A DNA stretch of 40,000 nt from Phycisphaera sp. (GCA_016125215.1 WGMF01000021.1:10439-50438); one strand, 5' to 3'. Shown: positions 1 through 9,572, counted from the stretch's first letter. The notes: a model not told the origin generated them from the letters alone. Numbers and translations: made by a program.

Positions 1-2
1 AA

Positions 3-1439
3 TACGATGCGATCGTCCAGCAGCGCAACGCCACGGGCATGAGCTACACCCCGATGGAGATGGCCCAGATCGAGTCCGACCCGACGATCGTGAGCCTGGA
101 CAATGAAGCGGCCTCGCTGCGTCGGGAGCGTGGGGCCATGATCCAGTCGGGCTACGGCGAGAAGCACCCGCAGATCGGCCGCATCGACGAGCGCCTGCGT
201 ACACTCGAACAGACCCGGTCGCGCGCCGTCTCGCAGGTGATGCAGCAGCGTATCAACATGCAGATCGAACAGGCGCGGGGCGACTGGCAACAGGCCCTGC
301 AGAAAGTCGAGTCGATAGCCAACCAGCAGAAGGAAGTCCACACACGCCTGCACGACATGGAGACCAAGCTCGACGAACTCCGCCAACTCGAAGGCTCGCT
401 GACCGCCGCCAAGGAACGCGAAGATCGCGCGCAGGGCCTGCTCGAAAACCTGCGCATCAAACTCATCCGGCCCGACTCGAGCCAGATCCGCGTTTACGCC
501 GCCCCCAGCGACGCCGAGAAGACCTTCCCGAAAGTCACCTCCATGGTCCCCGCGGTGACCTTTGTCGTGCTCCTGCTGACTTCGGGCGTCATCTATCTCA
601 GGGAACTGTTCGACCAACGGCTCAAACGGCCGCAGGACGTTCGCTTGCTGCCGTCGGCTGAACTCATGGGTGTGATCCCCAGCGCCGCGGAAGACCCCTC
701 GGGCACGACCCACATGGAGGGCGTGGTCGCGCGTGAGCCGCACGGCCTGATCGCCGAGATGTTCAGGCAGCTCCGCACCGCGATCCTCTCACGCATGGAC
801 CGCCGTGGGTACAAGAGCCTTCTGGTCGTCTCGCCACAAGCCGGCAGCGGCGTGTCGACCGTCATCAACAACCTGGCGCTGAGCCTCTCGCACAACAACA
901 GGCGGGTCCTCGTGATCGACGCCAACTTCCGCAGGCCCTCGGTCCATCGGCTCTTTGAGGTCCAGCCCAAACCGGGCCTCTTCGAGGTGCTCGAAGAAAA
1001 AGCCTCGATGCAGGAGGCTATCACGCACATCGAGGGGACCACCATCGACGTGCTCCCCGCCGGCGACGCGCACATGGCTCCGCCCGAGACGCTGGAAAGA
1101 CCTTCCTGCCGGGCACTGCTAGCCGAAGCCGAGGGACGCTACGACGTGATCCTCATCGATTCGCCGCCCGCCCTGGTCGCCACCGAGAGCCAGCTCCTGG
1201 CCAAACACGTCGACGCGCTGGTCCTGGTCGTCCGTGCGATGCAGGACAAGCGCGGCATGGTCAACCGTATGCTCAGGCAGCTCGACGGCTCCCGTGCCGA
1301 CGTGCTGGGCCTGGTGCTCAACGATGTCCGTTCGAGCTCCGCGGGCTACTTCCGAAAGAGCTACCAGGAGTTTTACGATTACCGTTCGGGCACATCATCC
1401 AAAGCGACGGACAAGAAACCCAGCACCAGCGCCGCCTGA
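3..1439 (+). CDS. Polysaccharide chain-length determinant / tyrosine autokinase (Wzc/GumC-EpsG type), 5'-truncated by the window edge
   Basis: The frame is open from nt 3 with no stop before the listed ATG at 39, so the N-terminus lies upstream. It has a long coiled-coil stretch, a TM helix (VPAVTFVVLLLTSGVIYL), then a CpsD/CapB-type P-loop domain: 'VVSPQAGSGVSTV', 'VLVIDANFRRPSVH', 'DVILIDSPPAL'. Confidence 0.8.
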   Translation, partial: YDAIVQQRNATGMSYTPMEMAQIESDPTIVSLDNEAASLRRERGAMIQSGYGEKHPQIGRIDERLRTLEQTRSRAVSQVMQQRINMQIEQARGDWQQALQKVESIANQQKEVHTRLHDMETKLDELRQLEGSLTAAKEREDRAQGLLENLRIKLIRPDSSQIRVYAAPSDAEKTFPKVTSMVPAVTFVVLLLTSGVIYLRELFDQRLKRPQDVRLLPSAELMGVIPSAAEDPSGTTHMEGVVAREPHGLIAEMFRQLRTAILSRMDRRGYKSLLVVSPQAGSGVSTVINNLALSLSHNNRRVLVIDANFRRPSVHRLFEVQPKPGLFEVLEEKASMQEAITHIEGTTIDVLPAGDAHMAPPETLERPSCRALLAEAEGRYDVILIDSPPALVATESQLLAKHVDALVLVVRAMQDKRGMVNRMLRQLDGSRADVLGLVLNDVRSSSAGYFRKSYQEFYDYRSGTSSKATDKKPSTSAA

Positions 1440-1514
1440 ACGCTGCGAAGACTTGTGCTGGCGACAGCACGCCTTTCCGATGGTCCGGGGCATCAAAGCT
1501 GACTCGACCTACGC

Positions 1515-2813
1515 ATGACCCTCGACATCGTTCAACTCGCGCAGGCCACCGTCGACGACCCGGTCAACAGGGTCCTGTCGCCCTACATGTACGTCTTTTT
1601 CATGGCCTTTATCCTGGCCTTCGCGCTGACACCGACGATGCGGTGGCTCGCGGTCCGCGGCGGGATCGTCGATTGGCCCGACCTCAAACGCAAGAGCCAC
1701 ATCGAACCGGTGGCCTACCTCGGCGGCGTGGCGATCTTCATGGGATGGGCGGCCGGCCTGTTCATCTCCATGTTCATCGAGACCCACAACTCCTACCTCT
1801 TCTCCGGGTACACCGACATCCACGTCCGCTTCCCGATCAAGCTCTTCGTCGGGGCGGCCATCATCACCATCACCGGCCTGTGTGACGACGTGTACGGCAT
1901 CAGCCCGCGCGTCAAGCTCGGCGGGCAGATCATCGCCTCGGCGGTCCTGGCCTCCGAACCCTACGGCGCACACATGGTCAACCAGGTCCTGCAGGCGGTC
2001 AGCATCCAGGCCCCGGCGTGGTTCGTCTCCTCCACGGGCACGATCCTCCTGGTCTTCTTCGTGCTCGGCGGGTGCAACTCCATCAACCTCATCGACGGGC
2101 TGGACGGGCTGGCGGCCGGCATCAGCGCCATTGCCACCGCGGGGTTTTTGTTCATGTCCGTCTTCGTCGCGGTGCTGCACCTGCAGCCCGAATTCCTCGA
2201 AAGCGGCCTGGCGTTTGTGAACGACCCGGTCAGGCTGGTCTTGTGCCTGGCGCTGCTCGGAGCGCTGTTGGGCTACCTGCCTTACAACTTCAACCCCGCC
2301 ACGATCTTCATGGGCGACGCGGGGTCGCTGCTCCTGGGCTATCTCGGGTCGGCCATGATCCTGATGTTTGCCGACGTCAAGGGCATGGGGGCGCTCCTGG
2401 TGATGGCGGCCATCATCGTCTTTGCCGTGCCCATCAGTGACACGCTCCTGGCCATCGTCCGCAGGCTCATGCGCGGCCAACCCATCTTCAGCCCCGACAG
2501 CCATCACCTCCACCACATGCTCATCCGTTCAGGCTTCACCGTCCGCAAGGCGGTGCTCACGCTCTACGCCATGGGCATCTGTTTTGCGTTTCTGGGGTGC
2601 TCGCTCGTCTTTCTGCGTTGGCGTTATGTGATCGCGGTTTTCATCGTGCTCTTTGGCTTTATCCTCGTCACGGCGTACAAAATCAGCCACCGCCAGATGA
2701 TGAGACAGAAACTGGCCGTCGCCCAGCACGCGCCGCCGGCCAAAGCCACGCCCGTGCCCCCCAAACCGTCCGAGGACGGCTCATCGGCCACACGGGTGCA
2801 TACCGGCATCTGA
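1515..2813 (+). CDS. MraY/WecA-family (glycosyltransferase family 4) undecaprenyl-phosphate sugar-1-phosphate transferase
   Basis: ATG at 1515. Polytopic membrane protein with the family motifs 'NSINLIDGLDGLAAG' and 'FMGDAGSLLLGYLG'. It follows the Wzc-like gene, consistent with an EPS locus. Confidence 0.85.
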   Translation: MTLDIVQLAQATVDDPVNRVLSPYMYVFFMAFILAFALTPTMRWLAVRGGIVDWPDLKRKSHIEPVAYLGGVAIFMGWAAGLFISMFIETHNSYLFSGYTDIHVRFPIKLFVGAAIITITGLCDDVYGISPRVKLGGQIIASAVLASEPYGAHMVNQVLQAVSIQAPAWFVSSTGTILLVFFVLGGCNSINLIDGLDGLAAGISAIATAGFLFMSVFVAVLHLQPEFLESGLAFVNDPVRLVLCLALLGALLGYLPYNFNPATIFMGDAGSLLLGYLGSAMILMFADVKGMGALLVMAAIIVFAVPISDTLLAIVRRLMRGQPIFSPDSHHLHHMLIRSGFTVRKAVLTLYAMGICFAFLGCSLVFLRWRYVIAVFIVLFGFILVTAYKISHRQMMRQKLAVAQHAPPAKATPVPPKPSEDGSSATRVHTGI

Positions 2814-2861
2814 CCCATCGTTCCCTCAAGACTCATGGGCATCCGCCGCTGCGGGCGCAAC

Positions 2862-2889
2862 TTGCAGGGGTTGGACAGTGCGTTACAAT
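2862..2889 (+). promoter_or_regulatory. Candidate sigma70-type promoter (TTGCAG-16 nt-TACAAT) about 300 nt upstream of rpsB
   Basis: TTGCAG at 2862-2867 and TACAAT at 2884-2889, with a 16-nt spacer. Hexamer match only. Confidence 0.3.
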
Positions 2890-3018
2890 ATCGCAAGCGA
2901 CCGGGTGGTACCGTGACCACCCCAGCCTGACCCTCCCTGGTTTGCGGGCCTCTGTCAAAGGCCTTAAGCACTCGGGACGTTGTCTGGGACCACGGACGGT
3001 CGTTGATTTCGCAATGTT

Positions 3019-3050
3019 CCCGCCGCGGGCGGGTTGTGTGTTTTTCTTCA
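3019..3050 (+). terminator. Weak terminator/attenuator-like hairpin plus U-rich tail in the rpsB leader
   Basis: Stem cccgc(3019-3023)/gcggg(3029-3033), followed by ttgtgtgtttttcttc. The stem is only 5 bp. Confidence 0.3.
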
Positions 3051-3191
3051 AGCGCCCAGGCGCGTGGGCACCCGAACCCATGTCGGGTTCAAGCAAGAGG
3101 GTGCCGGTTGTGTTCTCGCTCGTATCGTGGGCTGTTTCCCACGGGCAATAACCGACACACGCGGGTGTCGCTGACCTTCAAGGAGTCGTTC

Positions 3192-4049
3192 ATGGCATCG
3201 CTGGTTAAAGACCTCGTCGACGCGGGCATCCACTTCGGGCACCGCTCGACCAACTGGAACCCGAAGATGGCCCCTTACATCTTCGGCAAACGCAACAAGA
3301 TCCACGTCATCGACGTCAAGGCCACCATCAAGGGCCTCCTGCTCGCTCGCAAGTTCATCACCCGCGTCGTCGGGTCGGGCAAGGACGTGCTCTTCGTCGG
3401 CACCAAGCGACAGGCCCGTGCCTCCCTCGAATCCCACGTCCGCGAGTGCGGCATGCACTTCGTCACCGAACGCTGGCTCGGCGGAACGCTCACCAACTTC
3501 CGAACCATCCGCGAACGCCTCAAGCGTCTCGAAGAACTCGAACGCCTCGACGAAACCGGCGAGATCAACACCTACTCCAAAAAAATGGAGAGCCAGCTCA
3601 AACGCGAGAAGGAAAAAATCCTCCGCAACCTCGACGGCATCCGCAACATGACCAAGCTCCCCGGGGCCATGGTCGTCATCGACGTGCAGCGTGAACTCAA
3701 CGCCGTCAAGGAAGCCCGCAAGCTCGGCATCCCCACGGTCTGTCTCATCGACACCGACTCCGACCCCGACTACGCCGACATCCCCATCCCCGGCAACGAC
3801 GACGCCATGCGCGCCATCGACCTCGTGGTCGACGCCCTTTGCAAGGCCGTCAACGAGGGCAAACAGACGCGTGCCTCGACCGCCGCCGCCAAAGACGAGC
3901 AGGCCTCCAGCGGTGAACAACCCCGCCGGCGCAGCAGCCGTGCCAAGTTCCGCGCCGATGAACCGGTGGCGTCCGAATCAGACTCTGCCGGTGAGGGTGC
4001 CCAAAACGAGACTGTGGCCTCACAACCGCCCTCGCCCGCACAGGCCTGA
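3192..4049 (+). CDS. rpsB: 30S ribosomal protein S2
   Basis: AGGAG at 3181-3185, 6 nt before ATG 3192. N-terminus 'MASLVKDLVDAGIHFGHRSTNWNPKM' and 'ERWLGGTLTNF' are typical S2. The upstream part of the listed ORF (3003-) is non-coding leader. The C-terminal tail is acidic/low-complexity. Confidence 0.95.
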   Translation: MASLVKDLVDAGIHFGHRSTNWNPKMAPYIFGKRNKIHVIDVKATIKGLLLARKFITRVVGSGKDVLFVGTKRQARASLESHVRECGMHFVTERWLGGTLTNFRTIRERLKRLEELERLDETGEINTYSKKMESQLKREKEKILRNLDGIRNMTKLPGAMVVIDVQRELNAVKEARKLGIPTVCLIDTDSDPDYADIPIPGNDDAMRAIDLVVDALCKAVNEGKQTRASTAAAKDEQASSGEQPRRRSSRAKFRADEPVASESDSAGEGAQNETVASQPPSPAQA

Positions 4050-4175
4050 ACGGCAAGACAGGCAGATCGGCAACGCTATCTGACGATGTAACGAACGATC
4101 ACCGGAGATCGTTTACGGACCGACCCCGACCGATCTTCGGTTTACTCACCCCAACCTTTCCACGGGAGTATGACC

Positions 4176-4991
4176 ATGGCGATCTCAGCCAAGGACGTGA
4201 TGGAACTTCGAGGCCAGACGGGCCTGGGCATGATGGAGTGCAAGCAGGCTCTGGCCGAGACCGATGGCGACATCGGCAAAGCGGTCGACCTGCTGCGACA
4301 ACGCGGCCTGGCCAAGATGGACAGCCGTTCCGACCGCACCTCCGCCGAGGGCCGTGTCGCCGCCGCTCTTGCCCCCGATGGCTCCAAGGGCGCGATCGTC
4401 GAAGTCTCCACCGAGACCGACTTCACCGCCGGCAACGACGCCTTCAAGAACATGATCCAGTCCATCGCCGGCGAAGCGCTCAAGGGTTCAGCCGGTGAGG
4501 TGGCTAAGACCGATGCCATGCAGGCCGCCATCGACGAAGTCCGCCTCACGACCAAAGAGAACGTGCAGTTCGGCCGCGGCAAGGTGCTCGGCGGCAACGG
4601 CTCGAAGGTCGGCTCCTACGTCCACTTCAACGGCAAGACCGGCGCCCTGATTGAACTCGCCGGCGACACCTCGTCCGTCACCGATGACCTGCTCAAGGAA
4701 CTGTGCCAGCACATCGTGGCCGTCAGCCCCGCGCCCATCGCCGTGAGTGACGACGGCGTCCCCGCCGACGTGATCGCCAAGGAACGCGAGATCGCCAAAG
4801 CCCAGGCCATCGAGTCCGGCAAGCCCCCGCAGATCGCCGAGAAAATGGTCGAGGGTAAGATCCGCAAGTACCTCGAAGACCACGTCCTGACCAAGCAGCT
4901 CTTCATCAAGGACGACAAGAAACGCATCCACGAGATCCTGCCCAAGGGCGCGCAGATCAAGTCGTTCGCCCGCTTCGTCGTCGGCGGGTGA
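4176..4991 (+). CDS. tsf: Translation elongation factor Ts
   Basis: 'MAISAKDVMELRGQTGLGMMECKQALAETDGDIGKAVDLLRQRG' is the UBA-like EF-Ts N-terminus. GGGAG at 4164-4168 sits 7 nt before ATG 4176; the listed ATG 4170 is only 1 nt from the SD. The rpsB-tsf order is conserved. Confidence 0.93.
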   Translation: MAISAKDVMELRGQTGLGMMECKQALAETDGDIGKAVDLLRQRGLAKMDSRSDRTSAEGRVAAALAPDGSKGAIVEVSTETDFTAGNDAFKNMIQSIAGEALKGSAGEVAKTDAMQAAIDEVRLTTKENVQFGRGKVLGGNGSKVGSYVHFNGKTGALIELAGDTSSVTDDLLKELCQHIVAVSPAPIAVSDDGVPADVIAKEREIAKAQAIESGKPPQIAEKMVEGKIRKYLEDHVLTKQLFIKDDKKRIHEILPKGAQIKSFARFVVGG

Positions 4992-5025
4992 CCATCGCTT
5001 GACATCTTTTATCCGCAACAACAAA

Positions 5026-5056
5026 GCGGAGGGATCGCCATCCCTCCGCTTTTTTC
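5026..5056. terminator. Intrinsic terminator between convergent tsf and the oxidoreductase gene (probably bidirectional)
   Basis: Perfect 9-bp stem gcggaggga(5026-5034)/tccctccgc(5041-5049) with a 6-nt loop, then ttttttc. The opposite strand reads tttgttgttg after the stem. Confidence 0.75.
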
Positions 5057-5090
5057 TTTGCGGTGAATAGTCGCCTGTCAGTTTGCCCGG

Positions 5091-6170
5091 TTACTTGATC
5101 GGGACTTCCTTGCCCGCGGCGGCGCTTTCGTAGATGCCGTCGAGCATCTTCTGGATCGCCAGTCCGTCTTCGAGGGGGTTCTGGGTGGGCTTGTTGTATT
5201 TCACGTGGTCGACGAAGTCGCGGAGCTTGGACTCGAACATGAAGCCCCAGTCGGTCTTCTTAATGAAGGCGGGTTTGGAGTTGAGCATGTAGCCCGCGTC
5301 GTCACGGAAGATCTCCGTGTTTTCCCAGTCACAGCCGGCCTTCGTGCCCATGAGCTGGAAGTTCCACACGTCCTTTTCCATGTGGCCCGCGAAGGAGGCC
5401 TCGATGGAGAGGATCGCGCCATTCTCGAAACGCACCTGACCGACCGCCAGGTCCTCGACGGTGTAGGTCTTGGCGTCCCAGTTGGGCCAGGATGAGGCGA
5501 TCTTGGTGGCCTTGGGGTTGTTGCCGATGTAGGTCCACGTCGCGCCGAACGCCGCGACGGGCTTGGGCGAACCCATCGTGTAGTGCGCCATCTCGGTGAC
5601 GTGGACGCCGATGTCGATCATCGGACCGCCGCCCTGGAGGTCTTTGCGACCGAACACGCCCCAGTTGGGGATGCCGCGGCGACGCAGCGCCTGGCAGCGG
5701 GCGTACATGATGTCACCGAACTGCCCCGCTTCACGCGCTGCTTTGATGAACTGCGTCTTGGGGTGGAAGCGGAACTGGAAACCGACGAGCAGCTTGACAC
5801 CCGCTTTCTTCGCGGCGTCCGCCATGGCCTGGCCCTCTTTGGCGTTCATCGCCATGGGCTTCTCCACGATCACGTGCGCGCCCGCCTTGGCCGCGGCGAT
5901 CGAGGCCGGCGCGTGCGCGCCGTTGGGTGTGCAGACGCTCACCGCGTCGGGCTTAACCTTGTCGAGCAGTTCCTGATAGTCCTTGAAGGTCTGCGTGACC
6001 GTGGGGAAGGCCTTGGAATACTTTTCGAGCGATTTGTCGCTGACGTCCGCCGCGGCCACGACCTCGACGTCGTCAAACTTCATCAGGGCATTGGTGTGGG
6101 AGTGCGAGATGCCGCCCGCGCCGATGATCGCGTAGCGGAGCTTGGACTTGGATGAACTTTTGCGGGCCAT
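5091..6170 (-). CDS. Gfo/Idh/MocA-family NAD(P)-dependent oxidoreductase
   Basis: N-terminal Rossmann 'LRYAIIGAGGISHSH', 'VIVEKPMA', and a C-terminal alpha/beta domain typical of the family. Confidence 0.85.
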   Translation of the reverse strand: MARKSSSKSKLRYAIIGAGGISHSHTNALMKFDDVEVVAAADVSDKSLEKYSKAFPTVTQTFKDYQELLDKVKPDAVSVCTPNGAHAPASIAAAKAGAHVIVEKPMAMNAKEGQAMADAAKKAGVKLLVGFQFRFHPKTQFIKAAREAGQFGDIMYARCQALRRRGIPNWGVFGRKDLQGGGPMIDIGVHVTEMAHYTMGSPKPVAAFGATWTYIGNNPKATKIASSWPNWDAKTYTVEDLAVGQVRFENGAILSIEASFAGHMEKDVWNFQLMGTKAGCDWENTEIFRDDAGYMLNSKPAFIKKTDWGFMFESKLRDFVDHVKYNKPTQNPLEDGLAIQKMLDGIYESAAAGKEVPIK

Positions 6171-6262
6171 GAAACGTCCTTTGCGGTTGGAGAGAAGGTG
6201 TCACGGATCGGCGGGACATTGTCTTGTCACCGGGTGGGGGACGCAAGTCAGGCCGGGATATC

Positions 6263-7072
6263 CTATTTTGCCAGCGCCACGCCGTGCCGGTCGCACAGTT
6301 CCTGCATGTCTTTGCGGTAGAGGCGCAGAGACTCCGACGGGTCCGGGCCGTACATGGTGTGAAACCACTCGCCGCTGAGGTAGCCGTCGTAGTTGGCGTT
6401 ATGCAACGCAGTGAACATCTCGTCGATGGGCAACTGCCCCTTGCCCACGGGGGTGATGACGACTTTGTCATCAAGGTTGAGTGCGTCGTGGAAGTGGGTG
6501 TGCCGGATGAGGCCGTCGAGGTGCTGGAGTGTTTCGGCTAAAGGCTCGCCTTTGCGGAAGGGGTGCATGTTGTCGTAGTTGATACCCACGTTGGGCCGAC
6601 CGCACAGGCGTACCGCGCGAGAGGCGTCGCTTGCCTTGCAGAACGTGTCGTGGGTCTCCAAGAGCAGTTGCACCTCGGCTTGCAGCGCGAGGTCGGCCAC
6701 CTGCGTAAGGTGGTCGGCCACGATGCGCACGGTGTCGGCCATGTTGGTCCCCTCGGGCATCGGGCCACAGAACACACGCAGCGCGTGGCAACCGAGTTGG
6801 TTGGCCAGATCGATCCGCGCGGGCGCGTCCTTGAGCACGCTGTCACGGATGAACTGCAGGCTTGTGGCCAGGCAGCACACCTCGATGTCCGCACTGTCGA
6901 AGCGTTTCCTGGCATCGTTGAGGGTGTCACGCGCGGCAAAGACCTCGACGCCGTGCTTGTGATTGGCGTCGATACGCAGTTCCACGCCGTGGTATCGGTG
7001 CTCCACCGCCGCGTCGAGCACCTCCCGCAGCGAGAACTCCGGACATGCAAAGGTCATGAAGCTGACTTTCAA
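6263..7072 (-). CDS. Sugar phosphate isomerase/epimerase (xylose-isomerase-like TIM barrel, AP endonuclease 2 family)
   Basis: 'MTFACPEFSLREVLDAA..HGVELR', 'LRVFCG', 'LLLETHDTF', 'HTHFHD'. GAGGAG lies 6 nt before TTG 7072; ATG 7057 is an alternative start. The listed start 7171 adds an implausible 33-aa leader. Confidence 0.8.
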   Translation of the reverse strand: MKVSFMTFACPEFSLREVLDAAVEHRYHGVELRIDANHKHGVEVFAARDTLNDARKRFDSADIEVCCLATSLQFIRDSVLKDAPARIDLANQLGCHALRVFCGPMPEGTNMADTVRIVADHLTQVADLALQAEVQLLLETHDTFCKASDASRAVRLCGRPNVGINYDNMHPFRKGEPLAETLQHLDGLIRHTHFHDALNLDDKVVITPVGKGQLPIDEMFTALHNANYDGYLSGEWFHTMYGPDPSESLRLYRKDMQELCDRHGVALAK

Positions 7073-7252
7073 AACAGTCTCCTCTATCAAGTGAACCCGT
7101 GGCCGACAAACGCAGTTTAGCGTAAGGCGCAGCCAGACCTCAATCAGACCACCCTCATCGATGCATGTCACCGGCAGCCATCAAAGGTATAATCTCCGGC
7201 CCGTTCGGGGGGATGGCCCCCGCGGTCTGGCTTCAATCAAGAAAGAGAACCC

Positions 7253-8146
7253 GTGTCCACGCCCAACAACACCGTCTGGCTCAACGGCAAACTCGTCCCC
7301 TCGCACGAGGCCGCCATCAACGTCTACGACCACGGCCTGCTCTACGGCGACGGCGTCTTCGAGGGCATCCGCATCTACAACAACCGCATCTTCAAGGCCC
7401 GGACCCACCTGCGCAGGCTCTTCGAGTCTGCCAAGGCGATCCGCATGGACATCCCGTTCTCGACCGAGGACCTCTACAACGCGATGCGCCAGACGCTCGA
7501 CGCCAACAAGCGCACGGACGGCTACATCCGCCTCTGCGTGACACGCGGTGTCGGGTCGCTGGGCCTCAACCCGTTCACGTGCAAGACGCCCTCCGTCTTC
7601 ATCATCAGTGACGCCATCGCGCTCTACCCGCGCGAGACCTACGAGAACGGACTGGCGGTCATCACCAGTTCCGTCATGCGCAACCACCCCGCTGCGCTCT
7701 CGCCGCGCATCAAGAGCCTGAACTACCTCAACAACATCCTGGCCAAGATCGAGGCCATCGACGCAGGCGTCCTCGAAGCGGTGATGCTCAACAGCCAGGG
7801 TCTCGTGGCCGAATGCACCGGCGACAACATCTTCATCGTCCGCAAATTCTCAGGCACGACCGTGCTGGCGACCCCGCCACTGCACGCGGGCATCCTCGAG
7901 GGCGTCACGATGTCCACCGTGATGGATCTGGCACGCGCAGCCGGCATCGAGGTCCGGTCATATGACATGACCAAGCACGACCTCTACACCGCGGATGAAA
8001 TGTTCCTCACCGGCACCGCCGCGGAGGTCGTGCCCGTCACCAGGATCGACGGCCGAACGCTCGGCGATGGCACGATCGGCCAGGTGACGCGCAAGCTCCT
8101 CGACGCCTTCCGCGCGGTCGTCAAAGCCAACGCCCCGGAAGATTAA
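7253..8146 (+). CDS. ilvE: Branched-chain amino acid aminotransferase (class IV PLP enzyme)
   Basis: GTG start. 'VWLNGKLVPSHEAAINVYDHGLLYGDGVFEGIRIY', 'GYIRLCVTRG' and 'LEGVT' motifs of IlvE. Confidence 0.9.
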   Translation: MSTPNNTVWLNGKLVPSHEAAINVYDHGLLYGDGVFEGIRIYNNRIFKARTHLRRLFESAKAIRMDIPFSTEDLYNAMRQTLDANKRTDGYIRLCVTRGVGSLGLNPFTCKTPSVFIISDAIALYPRETYENGLAVITSSVMRNHPAALSPRIKSLNYLNNILAKIEAIDAGVLEAVMLNSQGLVAECTGDNIFIVRKFSGTTVLATPPLHAGILEGVTMSTVMDLARAAGIEVRSYDMTKHDLYTADEMFLTGTAAEVVPVTRIDGRTLGDGTIGQVTRKLLDAFRAVVKANAPED

Positions 8147-8158
8147 GCCACCGATCCA

Positions 8159-8258
8159 TTGATAATTGATGATTGATGATTGATAATCTCAGAGGCGCTC
8201 ATGGTGCCTGTGTCCTTTTGAGATCATCAATCAATCATCAATCATCAATCATCAATTG
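8159..8258. repeat. Long imperfect palindrome built from heptamers: 4 x TTGATRA, 27-nt centre, 4 x TCATCAA
   Basis: Left arm heptamers lie at 8159-8186 and right arm heptamers at 8224-8255 (one 4-nt insertion). An inner tctca/tgaga pairing extends the stem. The left arm has TGA in all three frames. Confidence 0.85.
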
Positions 8259-9572
8259 CCCCACTCCCCTCCCTGCACCCCCGCTGAACTTTCCTACTCC
8301 ACACCCGACCTGCCGGGGGTCGGCGGCGTGCTCAAGCAAAGACCCACGGACTTCGTTGTCGATGAGCAGCCGCTCTACCAGCCTGTCGGCCACGGCGAGC
8401 ACCTGATGCTCTACATCGAAAAAGAAGGCATGACCACGATCGAGGTCGTCCGAAGACTGGCCAAGATTTTCAAGGTCCGACGCAGCGACGTCGGCTACGC
8501 GGGCCTCAAGGACAAACACGCTGTCACACGGCAACACCTGACCATATACCTGCCTAACCCACGCTACGACGCGGAACTGGTGGAGAAGATCGGCTTCACG
8601 CCGATCCGGGTCCTCTGGGCCACACGGCACACCAACAAAATCCGTCGCGGCCATCACGGGGGCAACCTGTTTTCGATCCGCATACGTGAGGTCGACCCGA
8701 CACATGTCGTCGCCGCAAAGGCGATCTTCGATGAACTGGTCAAGAGGGGGGCACCGAATTACATCGGCGAGCAGCGGTTCGGCTTCCGCCAGCGCAACCA
8801 TCTCGCCGGGGCCGCGATGCTCCGTGGGGAGTACCGCAGGGTGTTGGATATCCTGCTGGGTGAACCCGAGGGCTACGAATCCGAGGCGCTGCGGGAGGCG
8901 CGGCTGCATTACATGAATGGCCAATACGCCCAGGCGCTTGAGGCCTGGCCCCGCCGTCTGCACCACGACCGCCAGGCACTCGACGCGCTGCGACAGGGTT
9001 TGAGTGACGAGCGATCCGTCAAAATGATCGACGTCCAGCAGCGCGAGTTCCTCGTCGGGGCCACGCAGAGCGCGATCTTCAACCAGGTGCTCGACGAGCG
9101 TTTGCGATCAGGCAAGCTGCACGAACTGGTGCCCGGCGACCTCGCGTGGAAACACGAAAACGGCGCGGTCTTCTCGGTCGATGAATCCATCGTTGAGAAA
9201 GAGAACGCCAACGACGGACGCATGCGCAGCATCGAAGTCTCACCCACCGGCCCGATGCACGGCCCGGACATGATGCAGCCCACCGCGCAACCCTTCGAGA
9301 GTGAATCCCGCGTCCTCACGTCGTGGGGACTCAGGAGTGAGGACTTCGGCAAACCGCCGTTCCGCATGCACGGGAGCAGGCGGCCGATGCGCATGGCAAT
9401 AGGCCGTCCGGATATCTCGGCGGGTGTGGATGAGCACGGGCCCTTCATCCGTGTGGCGTTTGAGTTGGCGGGGGGGTGCTTTGCCACGACGCTGCTGCGT
9501 GAGATCATGAAAACCCAAACGCGCGTGAGCCACACGGACACGCTTCCCCACGACATCGAGGAAGCCACCTGA
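8256..9572 (+). CDS. truD: tRNA pseudouridine(13) synthase TruD
   Basis: 'LKQRPTDFVVDEQPLY..GEHLMLYIEKEGMTT..VGYAGLKDKHAVTRQ' matches the TruD N-terminal/catalytic-Asp region. The only start upstream of the conserved block is TTG 8256, which lies inside the palindrome. Confidence 0.85.
   Translation: MPHSPPCTPAELSYSTPDLPGVGGVLKQRPTDFVVDEQPLYQPVGHGEHLMLYIEKEGMTTIEVVRRLAKIFKVRRSDVGYAGLKDKHAVTRQHLTIYLPNPRYDAELVEKIGFTPIRVLWATRHTNKIRRGHHGGNLFSIRIREVDPTHVVAAKAIFDELVKRGAPNYIGEQRFGFRQRNHLAGAAMLRGEYRRVLDILLGEPEGYESEALREARLHYMNGQYAQALEAWPRRLHHDRQALDALRQGLSDERSVKMIDVQQREFLVGATQSAIFNQVLDERLRSGKLHELVPGDLAWKHENGAVFSVDESIVEKENANDGRMRSIEVSPTGPMHGPDMMQPTAQPFESESRVLTSWGLRSEDFGKPPFRMHGSRRPMRMAIGRPDISAGVDEHGPFIRVAFELAGGCFATTLLREIMKTQTRVSHTDTLPHDIEEAT

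Noticed and set aside
1509-2516. Long antisense ORFs opposite well-supported genes. Examples: 1509-2516(-), 3048-3920(-), 4488-5024(-), 21024-22349(+), 22440-23219(-), 23555-24946(-), 27207-28244(+), 29441-30271(+), 33500-35239(+), 38062-38667(+).
   Set aside because: These are typical high-GC shadow ORFs. They are rich in R/G/D/H/A runs and carry no recognisable motifs. Each lies fully opposite a gene with strong family signatures.
2890-3190. Possibility that the rpsB upstream region encodes SRP RNA, 6S RNA, tmRNA, RNase P RNA or a tRNA (T-loop-like gggttcaag at ~3087; ggttcaatcc at ~20988)
   Set aside because: Several conserved cores are absent: the SRP GGAA/AGCA domain IV, the RNase P GAGGAAAGUCC, and the tmRNA acceptor/TΨC end. 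The T-loop-like strings lack complementary T-stems and acceptor stems.
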